Shown here: in pieces, positions 28,918 through 38,750 of the stretch
Layout: the number at the start of each line of letters is the position of its first letter
How positions within the stretch are numbered: the stretch's first letter is position 1
DNA from: Spirochaetia bacterium
Lineage (GTDB): Bacteria > Spirochaetota > Spirochaetia > SP-2023
Direction: 5' to 3'
DNA length: 64,000 nucleotides
Assembly (NCBI GenBank): GCA_965263295.1
Contig: OZ253665.1
Location: 2,304,001-2,368,000, forward strand
Program-made: the position numbers and the translations under genes
Notes under the pieces: model-generated
Seen by the model: only the letters and a program-made list of their open reading frames with translations
What the model was told of the DNA's origin: nothing
Databases searched by the model: none

Positions 28918-30360
28918 CTAGCTCATCCAGTCGACTTTATTTTCGGCGTTCCACTTGGTGCTAATCTTGCGGTGGATGGTCCACAACGGCAATGACTCTG
29001 GGCCGGTAATGTCAGCCGTGCCAAAACGCGAGGCTTTAATGCCGCCAAAGGCAAATGGGTCGCGCGGTACCGGCACGCCGACATTTAGCCCCAACATGCC
29101 GGCTTCCAATTGCCGTAGCAGTTCTGCCGCGCTGCGACCATTCTGGGTGAAAATGGCGGCGGCGTTGCCGTAGGGAGAACGTCGCTGGAGTTCCGCGGCT
29201 TCGTGGATGTTCTTTGCTCCGATGATTTCCAAAGTCGGGCCAAAGATTTCTTCGCTGGGCATCTGGGCGCCGGTTCCCCGATAATCAATAATTGATGTGC
29301 CCATGTAGTAGCCTTGTTCAGGTTTGTCTGCCTTGCGCCCATCTACAACGACATTTGCCCCCGCAGAGCTCACTTTGTCTAGGTAAGCTCCAATCCTGGC
29401 CACCGCCGTCTGCGAGATTAACGGCGGCAAGTCCTTGCCGGCCAGTTGGTTTTGCGCCGCTGCAATCAGCATATCTATGTGCTTGTGCGTATCGCCCACA
29501 GCGAGCAAGACGGAAGCCGCCATACAGCGTTGGCCACCCATGCCCGTCGCCGAGGCTAAAATGTCGCGCACCACCATGTCGGGATCGGCATCGGGCAACA
29601 GAACGATGTGGTTCTTGGCGCCGCCAAAGCTGGCTACGCGCTTGAGGTTTTGCGCGCAGCGTCGGTAGACCACTTCAGCCACGGGAGTCGAACCGACAAA
29701 AGACACGGCGGCAATGCCCGGATGATCGCAAATGCCTTCGACAATGTCTTTGGCCCCGTTGATTACTTGTAGCAAGCCATCGGGCAAGCCGGCCTTTTGC
29801 AAAAGTTCCGCGGCTTTTAGCGCACACAGCGGCGTCATTTCAGAGGGCTTGAGTATCATGGCATTACCCAAGACCAGAACTAAAGGCATTGTCCAGTGCG
29901 GCACCATGAGCGGAAAGTTAAACGGCGCTATCGAGCTGCATACGCCCACGGGGACAAACTCATCGCGGCATTCGACACCGCGGCTGACCATCTGGATGCG
30001 GCCCGTAAGCCAATTTGGCGTGGACGCGGCAAACTCTGCCAGTTCAAGTGCGCGGTCGACGCCGGCCTGGGCTTCCGCCATGGACTTTCCGTTTTCCTTG
30101 TGGCATAGCGCTGCCAGTTCGTCGCGCTGCTGTTGCAAGAGCGCGCGATAATTATACATCACTTGAGCGCGACTCTTGAGGGTGTGGCCGCTCCAGTCTT
30201 CCTGGGCTTTTGCCGCGCTCCTCACCGCGGCATTGAGCTGTTGCTTGCTGGCCAGCCTCATGTTGCCCAATATGCGGCCATCCAAAGGGCTGTCGACAGG
30301 TATTAGTGCCGCCTCGCCGGGGACGTAGGCCCCATTCATCCAGTTGCAGATTTCTTCCAT
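28918..30360 (-). CDS. iolA: CoA-acylating malonate/methylmalonate-semialdehyde dehydrogenase
   Basis: PFNFPLMVP, LKPSE, SFVGSTPVA, GGAKNH, GQRCMA, EEIFGP, NVGVPVP; inositol cluster context. Confidence 0.92.
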   Translation of the reverse strand: MEEICNWMNGAYVPGEAALIPVDSPLDGRILGNMRLASKQQLNAAVRSAAKAQEDWSGHTLKSRAQVMYNYRALLQQQRDELAALCHKENGKSMAEAQAGVDRALELAEFAASTPNWLTGRIQMVSRGVECRDEFVPVGVCSSIAPFNFPLMVPHWTMPLVLVLGNAMILKPSEMTPLCALKAAELLQKAGLPDGLLQVINGAKDIVEGICDHPGIAAVSFVGSTPVAEVVYRRCAQNLKRVASFGGAKNHIVLLPDADPDMVVRDILASATGMGGQRCMAASVLLAVGDTHKHIDMLIAAAQNQLAGKDLPPLISQTAVARIGAYLDKVSSAGANVVVDGRKADKPEQGYYMGTSIIDYRGTGAQMPSEEIFGPTLEIIGAKNIHEAAELQRRSPYGNAAAIFTQNGRSAAELLRQLEAGMLGLNVGVPVPRDPFAFGGIKASRFGTADITGPESLPLWTIHRKISTKWNAENKVDWMS

Positions 30361-30371
30361 GCTGTAAGCTC

Positions 30372-31157
30372 CTATTTGTCTGGCCAGATGACTGCGCTTT
30401 TTTCATTTAGCCAATTGTGCTGCGGGTTGATTGTGCGCTCACGCCAGGGGTCACCGGGGAGGTGGCGGATCATCCAGCAAAAATACATGGCGTAGCCAGG
30501 AGCTGAGGTTTGCGGGTGATCCTGGCCCCCCGCTATCAAGGCCGCACTGCGGTCGCGGATGGCATATGCCCGTTCGCCGATGTGGATTGAACCAAAGCCC
30601 TGCGGGTAGTTAAAGCGGTAGTAATAAATTTCTGGCTGGCGATGCGAGTGCGGGGGGTAGCTGGACCAGCGGCCCGGATGGTTAATGACTTCGCCGAGTA
30701 CCATCTGGGAATATGGCGCCGTGTCGTAGTCAAAGATGGTACAAACCGAACGGACCGCGCTGTCGTGCCATTGTCCGGCGCCAAAGACCTCTACTTTGAT
30801 GTCTTGGGGGCGGTAGTAGCGGGCCGGAAATTCCTTGGGGTTTGTGGCTTGCTGTAAGATTACCTCACTTGGCTCGTCCAGACTTTCGAGCCGTACTTCC
30901 TGTCCTTTGGAGACGTGCAGGCAGCAGGGGGCGTGATCAAAGCAATTGGGGCGCAGGATTTCTTCTGTCCGTCCTTGCCACTGCAGGCGCAGGTGGCCTT
31001 CGATCAGTAATATCGCTGACTCGCGCTGGATATCGCGCAGCACAAAACTGTCTCCCGCGCGCAGGCGCAGGAGGGAAAAGTTTTGGCGCATGCCACTGGC
31101 GTCAGATTCTTGCGTGTAAGTATTTAGTCCATCATTTATGCGGGGTTGGATGAGCAT
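30372..31157 (-). CDS. iolB: 5-deoxy-glucuronate isomerase
   Basis: LGEV..HPGRWSSYPPHSH.QPEIYYYRF, GFG, HPQTSAPGYAMY. Confidence 0.92.
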   Translation of the reverse strand: MLIQPRINDGLNTYTQESDASGMRQNFSLLRLRAGDSFVLRDIQRESAILLIEGHLRLQWQGRTEEILRPNCFDHAPCCLHVSKGQEVRLESLDEPSEVILQQATNPKEFPARYYRPQDIKVEVFGAGQWHDSAVRSVCTIFDYDTAPYSQMVLGEVINHPGRWSSYPPHSHRQPEIYYYRFNYPQGFGSIHIGERAYAIRDRSAALIAGGQDHPQTSAPGYAMYFCWMIRHLPGDPWRERTINPQHNWLNEKSAVIWPDK

Positions 31158-31177
31158 GATTTATCCTTTATCGCCGG

Positions 31178-32257
31178 CTATGCGTCGGGGTCCGAGATCA
31201 TAAAGTCGCGCACAAGGGAAAGCAGCTTGCTGTAGTCGGCGATAAAGGTGCGCAGGGTTCGCCTTGTGGCGCCAAAGTCGTCGAATTCCTCTGCGTTCAT
31301 GCCGCCGGGCTCGTAGGCGCGCACAAAGTCTGGGTATAAATCCTGCAGCTCGCGCACAATCGCGGGTTCCACAGCTTTACTCATGCGTTCTTCCACCCGG
31401 ACTTTTGACTGGTTGAAACGTTGTTGCCACTTGTGGGGAATGGTCAGGACAATATCGCCGCCAATGAATTCGCTCCAGTGGTAGTGATTGCGATAGGCCG
31501 CCGCCAGTAGGCGACAGCGGTAGCCGCGTTCCCGATAGATGCCATAGGCCCGCTTCATGGCCGCTACGCCCGCCCATTCAAGGATCTCAGGATTGGGAAC
31601 CAAACCTTGCCTGTCGGTGACGATTTTTAACCAGTCGTCCAGTCGTCCCACCATAATGGTGCAGACTGGAGTTAAATGGTCGTTCTCCTTGCCTTCAGAC
31701 TCCCGGCGTCTCAAGCCGCGTTCCACGGCTTCGGCCACGGCTAGCGCCTGTGCCACGGTAAAGCATACTGTGGCATTAATATTAACGCCTCGGTAAGTCG
31801 ACTCTTCTATCGCCGTGATCCCAGCCTGGGTCGCGGGTATTTTAACCATGATATTTGCCGCCAGCGTATCAAAATGTAGGGCCTGCTCGGTCAGTAATTT
31901 GGCCGAGCGATAGTATTGGCCGTTCGTTTGTATGCTAATACGACCTTTTTTTCCCCTTGTCGCCGCGAAAATCGGTTGCAGCAGGCTGCCGCCGGCCACA
32001 GCCATTTCTTCGTTTAATTTCCAGGCAATGTCTACCTCTGTGGCTGCGGGAGACTCGGCAATCCATGCAAGGATGCGGTCTTTCCAGAGCAATAACTCTT
32101 TTTTTAACACTCCGGTCACAATACTGGGGTTACTTGTCGCTCCGCTGGCTCCATGTTCAATAGCATAACGCAGCTCTTCTTGCGAACAGCTATCGTTCCA
32201 TAGATCCGTGGCGCTCGTAGTTACGGTTTCGTGCAATGGACTTTTGTAATTTGACAT
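31178..32257 (-). CDS. Transaldolase-family protein with a non-canonical active site
   Basis: WND, GATSNPSI, Schiff-base MVKIPAT, GVNINATVCF, MVGRLDD, AAAYRN. Confidence 0.88.
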   Translation of the reverse strand: MSNYKSPLHETVTTSATDLWNDSCSQEELRYAIEHGASGATSNPSIVTGVLKKELLLWKDRILAWIAESPAATEVDIAWKLNEEMAVAGGSLLQPIFAATRGKKGRISIQTNGQYYRSAKLLTEQALHFDTLAANIMVKIPATQAGITAIEESTYRGVNINATVCFTVAQALAVAEAVERGLRRRESEGKENDHLTPVCTIMVGRLDDWLKIVTDRQGLVPNPEILEWAGVAAMKRAYGIYRERGYRCRLLAAAYRNHYHWSEFIGGDIVLTIPHKWQQRFNQSKVRVEERMSKAVEPAIVRELQDLYPDFVRAYEPGGMNAEEFDDFGATRRTLRTFIADYSKLLSLVRDFMISDPDA

Positions 32258-32321
32258 ATTGTTTTCTCCTGTTCAGAGCATTCTAAATTTCACTCATTTT
32301 TGAACTCCATATTTATCAGAC

Positions 32322-32350
32322 ATATTATTGCAAAAATTTCAAGTTGTCAA
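32322..32350 (-). promoter_or_regulatory. Sigma70-type promoter for the transaldolase-iolB-iolA unit
   Basis: Minus strand TTGACA-17 nt-TAATAT about 65 nt upstream of the ATG. Confidence 0.65.
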
Positions 32351-32450
32351 GGTAAAGTTTAGAAGCTTTTGTCTATAAATAGGATACGTTACGCCAACAT
32401 CTAGGTTCAGGGCTATTGGGAACAACGTTTATCTTACATTAAGGCGTTTG

Positions 32451-32478
32451 GCGTTAAAATCGGCGCTGATTTTAACGC
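32451..32478 (-). terminator. Hairpin immediately after the second inositol dehydrogenase stop codon
   Basis: 11 bp perfect stem GCGTTAAAATC / GATTTTAACGC; no clear U-tract. Confidence 0.55.
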
Positions 32479-33500
32479 TAAAGTTCAGATAGCCAGACGC
32501 TGCGTTTTTCTTTCATGGAGCGAGTACAAGCTTCGGCAATTCTAGTCGCCTGTATCCCATCCTGATAGCGTATCGGAGAATTGCGCTTTTCGTTGATGCA
32601 GCTAATAAACTCGCGTACTTCCCGGCGAAACGCTTCGGCAAAACGGTCAAAAAATGTGTAGACACATTCCCCGCGCTGACCATGGGCGTCAAGGATTTCT
32701 ACATCGCAGCAGGTCGGCCGAAAACCGATGCGCAAAATACCTTTGCTGCCATAAATTTCTGCGCAGGTATTGTGGCCATGCGCGGCATTGCGGTTGGCTT
32801 GCAGGATTCCCATTTTACCGCCCTCAAACTCACAGCTGACTACGGCATTGTCCGCGTCGCCAATCTGGCCAAATTCCGGGAAAACCAGACTACTGCCCCG
32901 CGCGTGGACGCTCAATGCTTCGGAACCGAGGTACCAGCGCATCAGGTCGATATCGTGGACACTCATATCGTGGAAAATCCCGCCGGACGTGGCTGTGAAG
33001 GCTAACTGAAAAGGAGCGGAGTCGCTGTGGTCCGAGGTTTGTGAACGCACCATGTAGGGCGCACCGATCAAACCTTGCTCAATTTTTTTCTTGGCATAGC
33101 CATAGGCGGGGTCAAAACGACGCACGAAGCCCAACATGAAAATCTGTTTCTCTTGATATTCGGCAATGACTCTGGCCGTTTTCTCGCAGTCTGCGATTGA
33201 GGTCCCCAGGGGTTTTTCGCAGAATACATGCTTGCCGGCCTGCAGGGCTAAGATGATCTGCTCGCCGTGAACATTGCTGGAACTGGCCAGAAATACGGCG
33301 GAGAAATCCTGCTTCTCTAACATTTCGGTATAATTGTGCCAGAGTTGGCCCCCTTTGAGCTGCAAGTGCCCTTTCGCCCATTCGAGTTCTGCCGGCACCA
33401 CGCTGCAGGCCGCGACAATCTGGCAACCAGGTGTTTGCAGCAGATTTTCCGCGTGACTTTTGCCCATTCGTCCCAGGCCGACTATGGCCAATTTAACCAT
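32478..33500 (-). CDS. Gfo/Idh/MocA inositol-type dehydrogenase (second paralogue)
   Basis: GLGRMG, HVFCEKP, GFVRRFD, SGGIFHDMSVHDID, FFDRFAEAF. Confidence 0.85.
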   Translation of the reverse strand: MVKLAIVGLGRMGKSHAENLLQTPGCQIVAACSVVPAELEWAKGHLQLKGGQLWHNYTEMLEKQDFSAVFLASSSNVHGEQIILALQAGKHVFCEKPLGTSIADCEKTARVIAEYQEKQIFMLGFVRRFDPAYGYAKKKIEQGLIGAPYMVRSQTSDHSDSAPFQLAFTATSGGIFHDMSVHDIDLMRWYLGSEALSVHARGSSLVFPEFGQIGDADNAVVSCEFEGGKMGILQANRNAAHGHNTCAEIYGSKGILRIGFRPTCCDVEILDAHGQRGECVYTFFDRFAEAFRREVREFISCINEKRNSPIRYQDGIQATRIAEACTRSMKEKRSVWLSEL

Positions 33501-33574
33501 GCTATGTCTCCTATAAATTTTGTTTTGGGCCCGTTCCAGATTTTGCCACTGAGGGGCTGGCAGTTTGAGCGCGG

Positions 33575-34477
33575 CTAGAACCCACAGAGTTGGCGTATGT
33601 ATTCACGGCCTTGTTTGGCGTATTCGAACGGGTTGGCGAGGGCCGGGTCCTGTTCCGCCTCGACGACAATCCAACCCCGGTAGTCGGCGTTTTGCAAAAC
33701 GGCAAAAATTGTTTTAAAGTCGATATTCCCGGCATCTCCTGGCACGGTAAACAAACCTCGGCGCACGGCTTCCAGAAAACTCAAGCCCTGTTCTCGCGTC
33801 TGTCGCAGCACGGCCGGGCGCACATCCTTTAAGTGGACGTGCCCTAGGCGGCTTTGGGCGTTTTGCAGCAGGGCCAGGACATCGGCCTGGGCCGCGCAAG
33901 CGTGCCCCGAATCAAACAGGGCGGACACGTAGTCCGGGTGGGTCGCGTCCAGGTAGCGAGCGAATTCCTCTTGACTTTCGACGCAGGTTCCCAGGTGGTA
34001 GTGGAAACAAAAACGAATGCCGTACTCTTCGCGGGCAATTTTACCCAATTCATTTGAGCCCTGGCACAACTGTTTCCAAGCCGCGGCATCCAGCCGGGGG
34101 CGCTGTGCGCCAAACACCGGCACGTCTCGCCCTTGTATGCTCCCTGTCTGCTCCGAGGCGCCAATGACTCTGGCTCCCATCTCGCGCAGGAAGGCGGCCT
34201 GGCGATGTAGCAGCTGGATATTCTCCCGCAAGCTACGGCTCGTTAAAAACATGCTGAACCACTGGTTGCAGATGCGCAAGCCGCGTATTTCAAGCATCTT
34301 TCGCAGTTTCGCCGGCTGGTCGACGGGGTATTTGTTGCCGACTTCACAGCCGGCATAGCCCGCCAGGGCCATTTCTGAAATACACTGTTCGAATGGAATC
34401 TCGCCACCCAGGTCCGGCAGGTCGTCGTTGGACCAGTTGATTGGTGCGATGCCGAAAAATACGTTGTCTTTGTCCAT
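33575..34477 (-). CDS. iolE: myo-inosose-2 (2-keto-myo-inositol) dehydratase
   Basis: GIAPINWSNDD, EMALAGYAGCEVGNKYP, HVHLKD, FTVPGD, VEAEQDP. Confidence 0.95.
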   Translation of the reverse strand: MDKDNVFFGIAPINWSNDDLPDLGGEIPFEQCISEMALAGYAGCEVGNKYPVDQPAKLRKMLEIRGLRICNQWFSMFLTSRSLRENIQLLHRQAAFLREMGARVIGASEQTGSIQGRDVPVFGAQRPRLDAAAWKQLCQGSNELGKIAREEYGIRFCFHYHLGTCVESQEEFARYLDATHPDYVSALFDSGHACAAQADVLALLQNAQSRLGHVHLKDVRPAVLRQTREQGLSFLEAVRRGLFTVPGDAGNIDFKTIFAVLQNADYRGWIVVEAEQDPALANPFEYAKQGREYIRQLCGF

Positions 34478-34539
34478 TTGCGCCTCTCTTTGGCATGCTG
34501 TAAAAATTGGGCCGCTTGCAAGTCAAGTGCAAGGCCAGC

Positions 34540-36462
34540 TCAATATTGCCGGGCTTCGCGGCGGTGCTGCTCCATGTCGCGGCAGGCTGCCGCCACCTTG
34601 GGATTGCGCGAAACTTCGGGCGTGCCGGCGTTCCACCAGGTCTCGTAACCATCCGTCATCGATTTGACCACACACTTGGCGACTATAACAGCTGTCTGTG
34701 GGCTGGATCTCGCTCGGACAATGGCTCTCCGCAGTTCTTCCTCGTTGCTGGCATTCAGGCCCAAACAACCGTAGCTCTGGGCATTGAGTGCAAAATCCAC
34801 CGGCAAATAAGGGCCGTCGAGTTCGCCACTCGCGCTGCGGAATCGGCGCTCACAGCCAAAGCGGCGAATGCCTTGTGAGGTTTGTAAGTTGTCGATGCAC
34901 TGCCAGCCGCCGTTGTCGAACAGCATGACGTTAATTTTTATGCCTTCGGCGACTGCCGTGAGCAACTCCTGATGATACATCAAATAAGTTCCATCGCCGA
35001 TCAAGACCCAGACTTCCCGTTGTGCTTCGGCCTGCTCTACGGCCAGGCGAGCCCCGATGCCGCCGGGAATTTCATAACCCATGCACGAATATGCGTATTC
35101 CAGGTGGTAGCCGCCCGCGACCTCGCAGCGCCAGAGGCGCTCCAGGTCTGAAGGCAGGCTGCCGCCAGAACAGATCGCGATGGCATCTTTGGGCAGAAGC
35201 TCTTGCATAACGCCAAGTACTTGTGATTGCATGAGTTGACCCAAGGCGTTGTCACTGCCCGCGTCGCTGCTGAATTCGTCCCGCAATGCGCCCGTGTAGT
35301 GCAAGCCGTAAAGGCGCTCGACTTCGCTGTCCCACTCGGCCTTGACGGCGGCGATGGCTTGGTGGTCGCTGCGGTAGCCCTGGAGTAACGGCCTGAGCTC
35401 GGCGAGGGCCAGTTTTGCGTCTGCCAGTACCGGTAGGGCGTCCAGTTTGTACGCGTCCATGGCGTTGACGTTGATGCCAATTACCTGCAGTTCGGGGCAG
35501 CGAAAAGCCCACTTCGAGGCGGTGTGGAAGTCGTTGAGCCGGGTTCCCACGGCGATCAGGCAGTCGATATCTTTTGCGATGCGGTTGGCTGCCAGGGTGC
35601 CAGTGGTGCCGACCGCCCCAAGGTTTAGGGGGTGATTCCAGGGCACTTGCCCCTTGCCGGCCTGGGTCTCCATAATGGGAATCTGGCACTGCTCCGCCAG
35701 GGCGATGACTTCGCTGGTGGCAAAAGAATAGCGCACGCCGCCACCGATAAGCAGGGCCGGACGGCTCTTGCCGCGTATCTTGGCGGCGATCAGGCTGGCC
35801 ATGCCCGGATTCCCGCTGCAGGGCGGGGACAATGGACGTCGCTGGATTTCGTGAACGCGTTTCTGGAAAAAATGTTCTGGGTAGTTCCAGGCTTCGGCCG
35901 CCACGTCCTGTGGCAGCGACAAGGTCACCGCCCCGGTCTGGGCCGGGTCGCTGAGGATGCGCACGGCGTGGATACAGGCCGTCATTAGCTGTTGCGGACG
36001 GCTAATGCGGTCCCAGTACTTACTGACGGCGCGGAAGGCATCGTTGGATGAAATGGAATGATCGTGTTCCTGCTCGACTTGTTGCAGTACCGGATCGGGC
36101 TGGCGGTTGGCAAAGATGTCGCCGGGCAAGAACAGCACGGGGATGCGATTGGCGGTGGCTGTCGCCGCCGCCGTGACCATATTCATGGCCCCGGGGCCCA
36201 CGGAGCTGATACAGGCCATAATTTGCCGGCGCTCATTCTGCTTGGCAAAGCCAATGGCCATGTGACCGCCGCCCTGCTCGTTTTGTACGCGGTAAAATTT
36301 TAAATTGTTTTCACACTCGGCCAGAGCCTCGCCGATGCCCAATACGCAGCCGTGTCCAAAGATTCCAGCCACGCCGTGGACAAACTTGTATTCCCGGCCG
36401 TCCAGACGCAAATATTGCACGTCGAGAAAGCGGATCAAGGCTTGCGCTGTCGTCAGTTTCAT
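34540..36462 (-). CDS. iolD: 3D-(3,5/4)-trihydroxycyclohexane-1,2-dione acylhydrolase (ThDP-dependent)
   Basis: LTTAQALIRFL, GIFGHG, ANRIPVLFLPGD, PDPVLQQ, YHLEYAYSCMGYEI, GDGTYLM; ATG 36462 behind AGGAG. Confidence 0.96.
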   Translation of the reverse strand: MKLTTAQALIRFLDVQYLRLDGREYKFVHGVAGIFGHGCVLGIGEALAECENNLKFYRVQNEQGGGHMAIGFAKQNERRQIMACISSVGPGAMNMVTAAATATANRIPVLFLPGDIFANRQPDPVLQQVEQEHDHSISSNDAFRAVSKYWDRISRPQQLMTACIHAVRILSDPAQTGAVTLSLPQDVAAEAWNYPEHFFQKRVHEIQRRPLSPPCSGNPGMASLIAAKIRGKSRPALLIGGGVRYSFATSEVIALAEQCQIPIMETQAGKGQVPWNHPLNLGAVGTTGTLAANRIAKDIDCLIAVGTRLNDFHTASKWAFRCPELQVIGINVNAMDAYKLDALPVLADAKLALAELRPLLQGYRSDHQAIAAVKAEWDSEVERLYGLHYTGALRDEFSSDAGSDNALGQLMQSQVLGVMQELLPKDAIAICSGGSLPSDLERLWRCEVAGGYHLEYAYSCMGYEIPGGIGARLAVEQAEAQREVWVLIGDGTYLMYHQELLTAVAEGIKINVMLFDNGGWQCIDNLQTSQGIRRFGCERRFRSASGELDGPYLPVDFALNAQSYGCLGLNASNEEELRRAIVRARSSPQTAVIVAKCVVKSMTDGYETWWNAGTPEVSRNPKVAAACRDMEQHRREARQY

Positions 36463-36586
36463 GTTGACTCCTTTCACTATCTTTTTGTTGTCTACCAGCT
36501 ATCAAACGTATGACGTTTCGGCCCCTGAGGTACAAAATCAAATCCCGTAAATTAACTCTCTTGATTCACTTTTTTCGCAGTGATGA

Positions 36587-37594
36587 TCACAAGCGGACCA
36601 GCGAACCGCCGTTTGCCAGCGACTCTTTGGCTGCCAGCCCCAGCTCCGTGGCGCGCAGGCCATCTACGCCAGAGACTTCCACCGCGCTGTCCTCGCGCAA
36701 GGCGCGAACAAAGGATTGCAGCTCGGAGGTGTAGGCCGCCTGGTAACGTTCGAGGAAAAATGGCAAGGGCGTGTCACCTTCACTGCCATCTGCGCTGAAA
36801 TGTCGTACGTTGTGGGAATAATCGTTGTCGCACAAGGACATTCCCTTGGAGCCAAAGACTTCAATGCGCTGGTCGTAGCCGTACGCGGCCTGGCGTGAGT
36901 TGTCGATCGCGCCCAAGGCCCCGTTGCGAAATTGCAGGGTCACTAGGGCGGTGTCGATATCCCCGGCCCGGCCGATCTCAGGGGCGAGCAGGCAAGTCCC
37001 CAAAGCCTGCAATGCGGTCACTTCGCCAAACTGAAACCGGGCCATGTCGAAGTCGTGGATCATCATGTCGAGAAACAGTCCGCCTGAGACTTTGATGTAG
37101 TCAATTGGCGGCGGTGACGGGTCGCGCGAGGTGATTCTCAAAAGCTGCGGTTCGCCAATTTTCTTTGAAGTCACAGCATGGCGGAGCTGGGCGAAGTTGT
37201 GATCAAAGCGGCGGTTAAAGCCAATTTGCAGTTTGACCCCCGCATTTTCTACCGCTCTCAGTGTCTCCCCGATGCGTGCCGTGTCGAAGTCGATTGGCTT
37301 TTCGCAGAAGATGTGCTTGCCCGCGGCTGCGGCTTGCTGGATGTATTGCGCGTGCGTATCTGTCGAAGAGCAGATGAGCACGGCATCAATCGTAGGGTCT
37401 TCGATAATTTTGCGGGCTTCCAGGTGTGTGGCGACGGCACTGGCTCCGCGCGCCTGCAAGCAGTCCCGATCTTTTAGAAACGGGTCGCTAATTGCCGTCA
37501 GTTGAACTCCTTCTAATTTGTGCAAGAGGCATTGGGCATGCACCCGGCCGATGCGCCCAAAACCGATGATGCCGAATTTCAATATTTTACTCAT
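36587..37594 (-). CDS. iolG: myo-inositol 2-dehydrogenase
   Basis: GFGRIG, CSSTDTH, FCEKP, GFNRRFD, ITSRDP, SGGLFLDMMIHDFD, YGYDQRIE, FFLERY. Confidence 0.93.
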   Translation of the reverse strand: MSKILKFGIIGFGRIGRVHAQCLLHKLEGVQLTAISDPFLKDRDCLQARGASAVATHLEARKIIEDPTIDAVLICSSTDTHAQYIQQAAAAGKHIFCEKPIDFDTARIGETLRAVENAGVKLQIGFNRRFDHNFAQLRHAVTSKKIGEPQLLRITSRDPSPPPIDYIKVSGGLFLDMMIHDFDMARFQFGEVTALQALGTCLLAPEIGRAGDIDTALVTLQFRNGALGAIDNSRQAAYGYDQRIEVFGSKGMSLCDNDYSHNVRHFSADGSEGDTPLPFFLERYQAAYTSELQSFVRALREDSAVEVSGVDGLRATELGLAAKESLANGGSLVRL

Positions 37595-37753
37595 ATTTCA
37601 AAATTTCCTTAAAAAAATTCACTTTTCCAACATTCATTGGGGTGTGGATAATTCTTGTGTCATTATGCCGAGGCCATTGCCTCAAGCGGCTCCGGGTCAG
37701 CTCATTGTAAACTTCTGGGCCCTTTCTATACATTGGTACGGGATAACTTGAAA

Positions 37754-38716
37754 TCAATCCTTCTGGTTGCGCCTGAGCTGGTCGAGAAACACGGCCAATA
37801 CTATGATAAGGCCTTTGACGATTTGCTGCCAGTAGGGGTCGACACCGAGGAGGTTTAGGCCATTGTTAATGACGCCTACGATGATTGCTCCCAGAATGCA
37901 CAAGGCCACTGATCCTTTGCCGCCGCTCAAAGAGGTCCCACCTATGACTGTGGAGGCGATGGCATCCAGTTCATACATTACTCCATACGTCGGATTGGCA
38001 GCCATAGTGGTGGAAACTAGAATATTACCACTGATACCCGCAGCGATACCGGCAAACATATAAGTCAGAACCAAACACTTTTCCACGCGGACACCACAGA
38101 TGCGCGCGGCGTTTTCATTGCCGCCAATGGCGATGATATGGCGTCCATAACGCATTTTGTCAAGAAGAATAAAGGCGATAAGGGCAAAAGCCAGGTAAAC
38201 GTAGACGACGCCGGGAATGCCCAGGACAGAATTAATGCCTAACCAGGTCATTGAGGAGGGGAGTTCACCGACGGGCCGCCCATTGGAAACCACGGCAGCC
38301 ATGCCGCGTGCGGCCGTCATCATGCCCAGGCTTACGATAAATGGTGGAATCTTGCCGTAAGCGACGATTGAGCCATTGATTAAACCACATAGCAGACCGA
38401 CCAGAACCGCGACTAGAATACCGAGGAGCCCCATGGCCGTCCCGTGACCGCTGGCGACTTGGGCGCCGACAATGCCTGAAAGGGCAATGACCGATCCGAG
38501 CGAAAGATCAATGCCACCCGTGATGATGACAAAGGTTACCCCAATTGCGATAATGCCAATGGGGGTGACCTGTTCCAAGATATTGAGCAGATTCTGCAAG
38601 CGAAAAAAACGACCGCCAGACATTGCTCCCATGAACAAGACGAGTAGAAGCAAAATAACCAACATTCCAAATTTATTAAAAAAATTGCTGCGCAAGATTT
38701 TTAAGACAGAGTTCAT
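37754..38716 (-). CDS. Inositol/sugar ABC permease (CUT2)
   Basis: [37 protein letters not shown]. Confidence 0.92.
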   Translation of the reverse strand: MNSVLKILRSNFFNKFGMLVILLLLVLFMGAMSGGRFFRLQNLLNILEQVTPIGIIAIGVTFVIITGGIDLSLGSVIALSGIVGAQVASGHGTAMGLLGILVAVLVGLLCGLINGSIVAYGKIPPFIVSLGMMTAARGMAAVVSNGRPVGELPSSMTWLGINSVLGIPGVVYVYLAFALIAFILLDKMRYGRHIIAIGGNENAARICGVRVEKCLVLTYMFAGIAAGISGNILVSTTMAANPTYGVMYELDAIASTVIGGTSLSGGKGSVALCILGAIIVGVINNGLNLLGVDPYWQQIVKGLIIVLAVFLDQLRRNQKD

Positions 38717-38750
38717 TATTTTTTACACCTCTCTTTTTAAAGAACGAGAT

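Noticed and set aside
37643..37651. Perfect DnaA box (TTATCCACA on the minus strand) upstream of iolG
   Set aside because: A single 9-mer is expected by chance in a window this size; no cluster.
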